In this document: piece by piece, positions 34,861-38,414 of the stretch | Layout: every line of letters starts with the position of its first letter | Position numbering within the stretch: the first letter of the stretch is position 1 | NCBI GenBank assembly: GCA_015660615.1 | Contig: DQKQ01000007.1 | Span: 1-38,414, forward strand | Length of the DNA: 38,414 nucleotides | Source of the DNA: Flavobacteriales bacterium | Lineage (GTDB): Bacteria > Bacteroidota > Bacteroidia > Flavobacteriales_D > Sanyastnellaceae | Direction: 5' to 3' | Translations under genes and position numbers: made by a program | The notes under the pieces: model-generated | The model's database searches: none | What the model saw: the letters and a program-made list of their open reading frames with translations, nothing else | Told to the model about the DNA's origin: nothing

Positions 34861-36206
34861 TCATCTTTGAGTTTATCATTTTTTAAATAAGTTTCAGTGT
34901 CTTCCTGATCTAACGGTTTAAGAATAATTTTAACCCGATCTATCAATTTGTTATTACCGGCATCAATCATTAAAGTAAGTCCGTCAAAGACGATATATTC
35001 TCTAATACGTGGTATTTTCCCAGCTTGTTCAATAATAAATCCCCCGAGTGTATCACTTTCTCCCTTAGCTTCTTCCCAGACCTCTTCGTCGAGTTTTAAA
35101 ATTCGATAAAAATCTATTAGCGCAGTTTTACCCTCCATTAAATATGTTATATCATCTAAACGAGAATAAGCTATTTCTTCGGCATCAAACTCATCAGTTA
35201 TATCGCCAACAATTTCCTCTAACACATCTTCTAATGTGATGAGTCCGCTAGTACCACCGTATTCATCAACAACAAGAGCCATATGAACTTTTCGAGTTTG
35301 GAATTCTAGAAGTAAATCATCTATCATCATGTTCTCAGGAATGAAAAAGGGTTCACGCAAGAGGTTGTTCCAAGGCGCGGCATCTAAATTAAGTAGAGGT
35401 ATAAGATCTTTTACATGAAGAACTCCAACGACTTCATCGATAGACCCTTTGTGAATAGGTATTCTTGAATATCCGCTTGCGACTACCGATGCCCTTAATA
35501 CAGGCCATGACTCTTTAAGTGTGAATGATGTAACATCTGTTCTGGGTGTCATTACTTGTTTAGCGTCTTTATCGCCAAACTTGACTATGCGTTCTAGAAT
35601 CTCAGCCTCCTCTGTTGACCTTTCAGTACTGTCAGTTAATTTGAGCACATTTTCCAGATCTTTAGCAGATATATCTTGTGGAGGGCGAACTAAATTTTTA
35701 TCTACTCTTTTTCCGATTAAAACTAAAGGTTTCCAAATCGGTTTAAGAATTTTTTTACAAACTAAAAGTGTGCGGGACATAAATTTTGCTACTAAGACGT
35801 TGTGTGACGTAGCAAATAATTTAGGGATTACTTCACCAAATAATACAAGTAGTAGGGTTACTCCAGCTATGTGAATTCCTATAACAATCCAAGGATTATT
35901 AGGGTCAACCGGAAAAATTTGTTGAGCAGTTACCGTCGCAATTAGTACAATAGCAACGTTGATTAAGTTGTTTAAAACAAGTATGGTGGCAAGTAGATGT
36001 CTTGGACCATCCTTATAGTTGGGCTCTCTAAGAAGCTTTAATACATTAGATGAGGATGATTTAGAGTCTTCCTCTAACGAGCTTATGTCAGTGGGTTTTA
36101 GAGAGAAGAACGCGACTTCTGATCCTGAAATCAGCGCACTTAAAAAAAGAAGAACGGCAATCAACCCTGTCTCGAGGTATGGGTAAGAAATAAAAGAGAT
36201 AATCAC
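34857..36206 (-). CDS. gldE: Gliding-motility-associated CNNM/CorC-family protein GldE
   Basis: 449 aa, DUF21 plus CBS pair plus CorC_HlyC ([12 protein letters not shown]). Position is ssb-gldE-gldD. The GTG start forms a GTGA overlap with the ssb stop. Confidence 0.7.
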   Translation of the reverse strand: MIISFISYPYLETGLIAVLLFLSALISGSEVAFFSLKPTDISSLEEDSKSSSSNVLKLLREPNYKDGPRHLLATILVLNNLINVAIVLIATVTAQQIFPVDPNNPWIVIGIHIAGVTLLLVLFGEVIPKLFATSHNVLVAKFMSRTLLVCKKILKPIWKPLVLIGKRVDKNLVRPPQDISAKDLENVLKLTDSTERSTEEAEILERIVKFGDKDAKQVMTPRTDVTSFTLKESWPVLRASVVASGYSRIPIHKGSIDEVVGVLHVKDLIPLLNLDAAPWNNLLREPFFIPENMMIDDLLLEFQTRKVHMALVVDEYGGTSGLITLEDVLEEIVGDITDEFDAEEIAYSRLDDITYLMEGKTALIDFYRILKLDEEVWEEAKGESDTLGGFIIEQAGKIPRIREYIVFDGLTLMIDAGNNKLIDRVKIILKPLDQEDTETYLKNDKLKDE

Positions 36207-36559
36207 TTCGGTAAGGAATTATCGCTTTTTTTATCTAACATCTGCATATTGTCCCCCACAATTTCAGTTGAGTAGTGAGTTATGCCTTGCTTGTCTTCCC
36301 ACTCTTTTGTTCTTAGTTTGCCTTCTATGTAGACTTGGGAACCTTTTCTTAGATATCTTTCAGCAGTCTCAGCTAGACCTCTCCATAGAGTTATTTTGTG
36401 CCACTCAGTGCGGGTTGTCTTTTCCCCAGTTCTTTTATCATTATAAGTCTCAGAGGTTGCAACAGAGAGCGAGCTGACAGCTGTATTGTTAGTCGTATAG
36501 CGTGTTTCAGGGTCTTTCCCGAGGTTGCCCACGATAATAACTTTATTGATTCCTGCCAT
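36203..36559 (-). CDS. ssb: Single-stranded DNA-binding protein (short form)
   Basis: [22 protein letters not shown]...[11 protein letters not shown]-fold signature. ATG 36559 is preferred; the 47-codon N-terminal extension in the track (to 36700) has no SSB-like sequence. Confidence 0.9.
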   Translation of the reverse strand: MAGINKVIIVGNLGKDPETRYTTNNTAVSSLSVATSETYNDKRTGEKTTRTEWHKITLWRGLAETAERYLRKGSQVYIEGKLRTKEWEDKQGITHYSTEIVGDNMQMLDKKSDNSLPK

Positions 36560-36654
36560 GTAAGCGAAGTTAAGTATTCTTGTCGAGTTCGCACATTTTT
36601 CAACAACTTTTAATAGAAAGTCGTTCAGGTGTTTCATATTCAAAGGAATAGGTG

Positions 36655-36662
36655 TATTTTTG
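36655..36662 (+). promoter_or_regulatory. -7 promoter box for the HU gene
   Basis: TATTTTTG is a perfect TAnnTTTG match, with TTTC at 36632-36635, 19 nt upstream. The predicted transcription start falls at the base of the hairpin at 36664-36681. Confidence 0.45.
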
Positions 36663-36663
36663 C

Positions 36664-36681
36664 GTCCCCTTTCGTGGGGGA
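36664..36681 (+). promoter_or_regulatory. GC-rich hairpin at the predicted 5' end of the HU transcript
   Basis: GTCCCC-TTTCGT-GGGGAC, a perfect 6-bp stem followed by TTTAT, 55 nt upstream of the HU ATG. Confidence 0.4.
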
Positions 36682-36735
36682 CTTTATGATATGTTGTCAT
36701 AGAGTGTTATTTATCAAGGAACTACAATTTAAAAG

Positions 36736-37023
36736 ATGACAAAAGCCGATATCGTAAGTCAGATAGCTGACAAGACAGGAATGGAAAAGCACGATGTTCA
36801 ACTGACAGTTGAGGCATTTATGCGAACAGTACGTGATAATATTGAGAGTGGAGAAAATGTATATCTCCGTGGATTTGGATCTTTCATTGTAAAGAAGAGA
36901 GCTGCAAAGACTGGAAGGAACATCTTAGCTAGAAAGTCTATCCGTATACCTGCTCATAACATCCCCGCATTTAAGCCTGCAAAGGATTTTGTTGAGAATG
37001 TAAAATCTAACGTCCCTGTTTAA
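36736..37023 (+). CDS. hup: HU-family DNA-binding protein
   Basis: 95 aa. MTKADIVSQIADKTG...VYLRGFGSFIVKKRAAKTGRN...IRIPAHNIPAFKPAK. Confidence 0.9.
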   Translation: MTKADIVSQIADKTGMEKHDVQLTVEAFMRTVRDNIESGENVYLRGFGSFIVKKRAAKTGRNILARKSIRIPAHNIPAFKPAKDFVENVKSNVPV

Positions 37024-37035
37024 GAAATAAGATTT

Positions 37036-37539
37036 ATGAAAATCTTTCAGATAATAATATTTTCTTCAACTCTTTCATTTGCTAGTTGCGGGTCTTATGC
37101 GTCTTCGGATGTAGATGCCCAACAAATTGTTGTTAGTGAGGAAATAATATTGGAAAACAATCTGATTGATGAAGCTATAAAAATTATTGAAGGTGCAGGC
37201 CCACCTATGCAAGGGATTGGGACTTTACTTTTATATGCTGATTCTGATTCACCTAGCGTTAAGGCTAACTTTTGGTTAGGTAAGTTTGGTGTTCAAAGTC
37301 AACAACTAGAAAAAGCAAAAGCCCGATTTTTAAAAGTTTTAGAAATTGATCCAGAGCATAAAGAAGCATTTATAAATCTACTTAATCTATATGTTAAGAT
37401 GGAAGATTTTAATGCTGCTGCTGAATTATATAGAAAATATCCATATCTAAAGTCAGATTCGCTATTGACGAAAGACTTAGAGGAAAGTATTAACAGATTG
37501 GAATCCAACATCAGTGTGGTGTCTGGACCTAACGAATAA
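37036..37539 (+). CDS. Small TPR-like lipoprotein
   Basis: 167 aa, lipobox LSFASC, and a TPR-like segment AKARFLKVLEIDPEHKEAFINLLNLYVKMEDFNAAAELYRK. Confidence 0.55.
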   Translation: MKIFQIIIFSSTLSFASCGSYASSDVDAQQIVVSEEIILENNLIDEAIKIIEGAGPPMQGIGTLLLYADSDSPSVKANFWLGKFGVQSQQLEKAKARFLKVLEIDPEHKEAFINLLNLYVKMEDFNAAAELYRKYPYLKSDSLLTKDLEESINRLESNISVVSGPNE

Positions 37540-37549
37540 ATTATTTGTC

Positions 37550-37642
37550 ATGCCAAGCGGAAAAAAGCGCAAGCGTCATAAAATGTCTACGCACAAGCGT
37601 AAAAAGAGATTACGTAAGAATCGTCACAAGAAGAAGAAGTAA
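37550..37642 (+). CDS. 30-aa extremely basic peptide (possible bS22-like small ribosomal protein)
   Basis: Below the ORF track's size cutoff. The frame runs from ATG 37550 to TAA 37640-37642 and encodes MPSGKKRKRHKMSTHKRKKRLRKNRHKKKK (18 of 30 residues K/R, plus 3 His). It starts 10 nt after the previous stop and is followed at once by a strong hairpin terminator. Confidence 0.5.
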   Translation: MPSGKKRKRHKMSTHKRKKRLRKNRHKKKK

Positions 37643-37647
37643 TCATT

Positions 37648-37683
37648 TCTCTGAGCTGCTTGGTTTAAGAAGCAGCTAAGAGA
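37648..37683 (+). terminator. Rho-independent-type terminator after the micro-ORF
   Basis: Core stem AGCTGCTT (37654-37661) / AAGCAGCT (37670-37677) with an 8-nt loop. It extends through TCTCT/AGAGA with one mismatch, and a T-rich tract TTTTTGTTTG follows at 37691-37700. Confidence 0.6.
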
Positions 37684-37731
37684 CGTGTAATTTTTGTTTG
37701 CCTAGTTGATATAGGCTTCAATTTATATACG

Positions 37732-38414
37732 TTGAAATCAGAATTGATAATTAATTCAACCTCAAAAGGGGTTGAGTTAGCCGTTCTTGAAGAAGGTAAG
37801 CTAGTTGAGCTTCACCGTGATCCAGGTGAGATTTCCTATAGAGTAGGAGACATCTATTTGGGTCGAGTAAGGAAGGTACTTCCGAATCTTAATGCTGGGT
37901 TTATTGATGTAGGTTATGATAGAGATGCATTTTTGCATCACAGTGACTTAGGAGCTCAATTTAAAACTCAACAGAAATGGACAAAGCTTGTCATGTCTGG
38001 CAAGCTACCTGTGAGTAGCATCGAGAAATTTAAGCTCGAATCTAAAATTGATAAGAAGGGGCAGATGAAGGACTACGTAAGTTCTTCTCAGCTCGTTATG
38101 GTTCAAGTTTCAAAAGAACCAATTAGCACTAAAGGACCTAGGTTAACTGCTGAGGTTACTTTGCCGGGCAGATTTTTAGTTCTAGTGCCCTTCTCGGATA
38201 AAGTAAACCTATCTTCTCGTATCAAAAGTGAGAAGGAAAGGAATCGACTTTCTAGTCTTATAAAGAGTATTCGCCCGCCTGGATTTGGGATTATTGTACG
38301 AACAGTAGCTCAGGAGAAAGGATCAGCGGATTTACATAGTGATTTGTCAGATTTAATCAAGCGTTGGGAAGAGCTTTTTAATGGTCTAATAAGAGCAAAG
38401 CCAGGAAAGAGAAT
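37732..38414 (+). CDS. rng: Ribonuclease E/G family protein (RNase G). Only the N-terminal part is present; it runs off the right edge.
   Basis: Not in the track because no stop lies inside the window. The frame is open from TTG 37732: (M)KSELIINSTSKGVELAVLEEGKLVELH...GDIYLGRVRKVLPNLNAGFIDVGYDRDAFLH (S1 domain) ...VQVSKEPISTKGPRLT...LPGRFLVLVP. An in-frame stop lies at 37666-37668. Confidence 0.85.
   Translation, partial: MKSELIINSTSKGVELAVLEEGKLVELHRDPGEISYRVGDIYLGRVRKVLPNLNAGFIDVGYDRDAFLHHSDLGAQFKTQQKWTKLVMSGKLPVSSIEKFKLESKIDKKGQMKDYVSSSQLVMVQVSKEPISTKGPRLTAEVTLPGRFLVLVPFSDKVNLSSRIKSEKERNRLSSLIKSIRPPGFGIIVRTVAQEKGSADLHSDLSDLIKRWEELFNGLIRAKPGKR

Noticed and set aside
36560-36700. N-terminal extensions implied by the longest-ORF track: ssb to 36700, tdh-like to 26393, VOC to 16350, MBL to 10578, TauE to 7373 and M20 to 6967
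   Set aside because: The extensions lack family-like sequence. Several would overlap divergent or upstream genes. Internal ATGs reproduce canonical N-termini such as [14 protein letters not shown] and MEKHIVIGASGQLG.
1-38414. CRISPR arrays, IS elements, long tandem or interspersed repeats, rRNA or tmRNA genes, and known riboswitch-like leaders
   Set aside because: Reading the intergenic regions, all under 200 nt, showed no spaced direct-repeat array, no transposase-like ORF and no extended conserved-looking noncoding block. Only short hairpins and promoter-like boxes were found, and those are reported separately. A covariance-model scan would be needed to exclude small ncRNAs formally.

Overview
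This window looks like a chromosomal core region of a Bacteroidota (Flavobacteriia-like) genome. My hand-sampled background GC is about 40%. Taxon evidence: a gldE-gldD gliding-motility pair, TAnnTTTG-type -7 promoter boxes, no Shine-Dalgarno sequences, signal peptides obeying the Q-rule, and an animal-type glutaminyl cyclase. I support 37 protein-coding genes and one tRNA-Pro(GGG). Three of the genes are missing from the supplied ORF track: two are cut by the window edges and one is a 30-codon micro-ORF. Most genes are housekeeping (tatC, kdsD, recQ, pheS, pheT, cysS, coaX, ssb, HU, RNase G, ppiD, lptC). I saw no transposase, integrase, phage gene, CRISPR array, rRNA or long repeat.

The less ordinary parts are:
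1. A 1080-aa secreted protein that fuses PD40/TolB-like repeats to an Omp85-type barrel with no POTRA-like region.
2. A PhoR/PhoB-like two-component pair, followed by helically phased GTTAA repeats and then a short PiT-like permease abutting an ACR3 arsenite pump. A local GC-rich patch covers ACR3 and the adjacent MBL-fold gene.
3. An uncharacterised beta-barrel and Cys-motif TPR pair packed directly onto lptC, inside a 10-kb, 10-gene co-directional array running from ssb/gldE/gldD to ppiD.
4. An acyltransferase/VOC pair wedged between pheT and the two-component genes.
5. An unannotated, extremely basic 30-aa peptide followed by a clean terminator.

All functional calls rest on motifs I recognised by eye. 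No database search was possible, and none of the candidate systems is proven.
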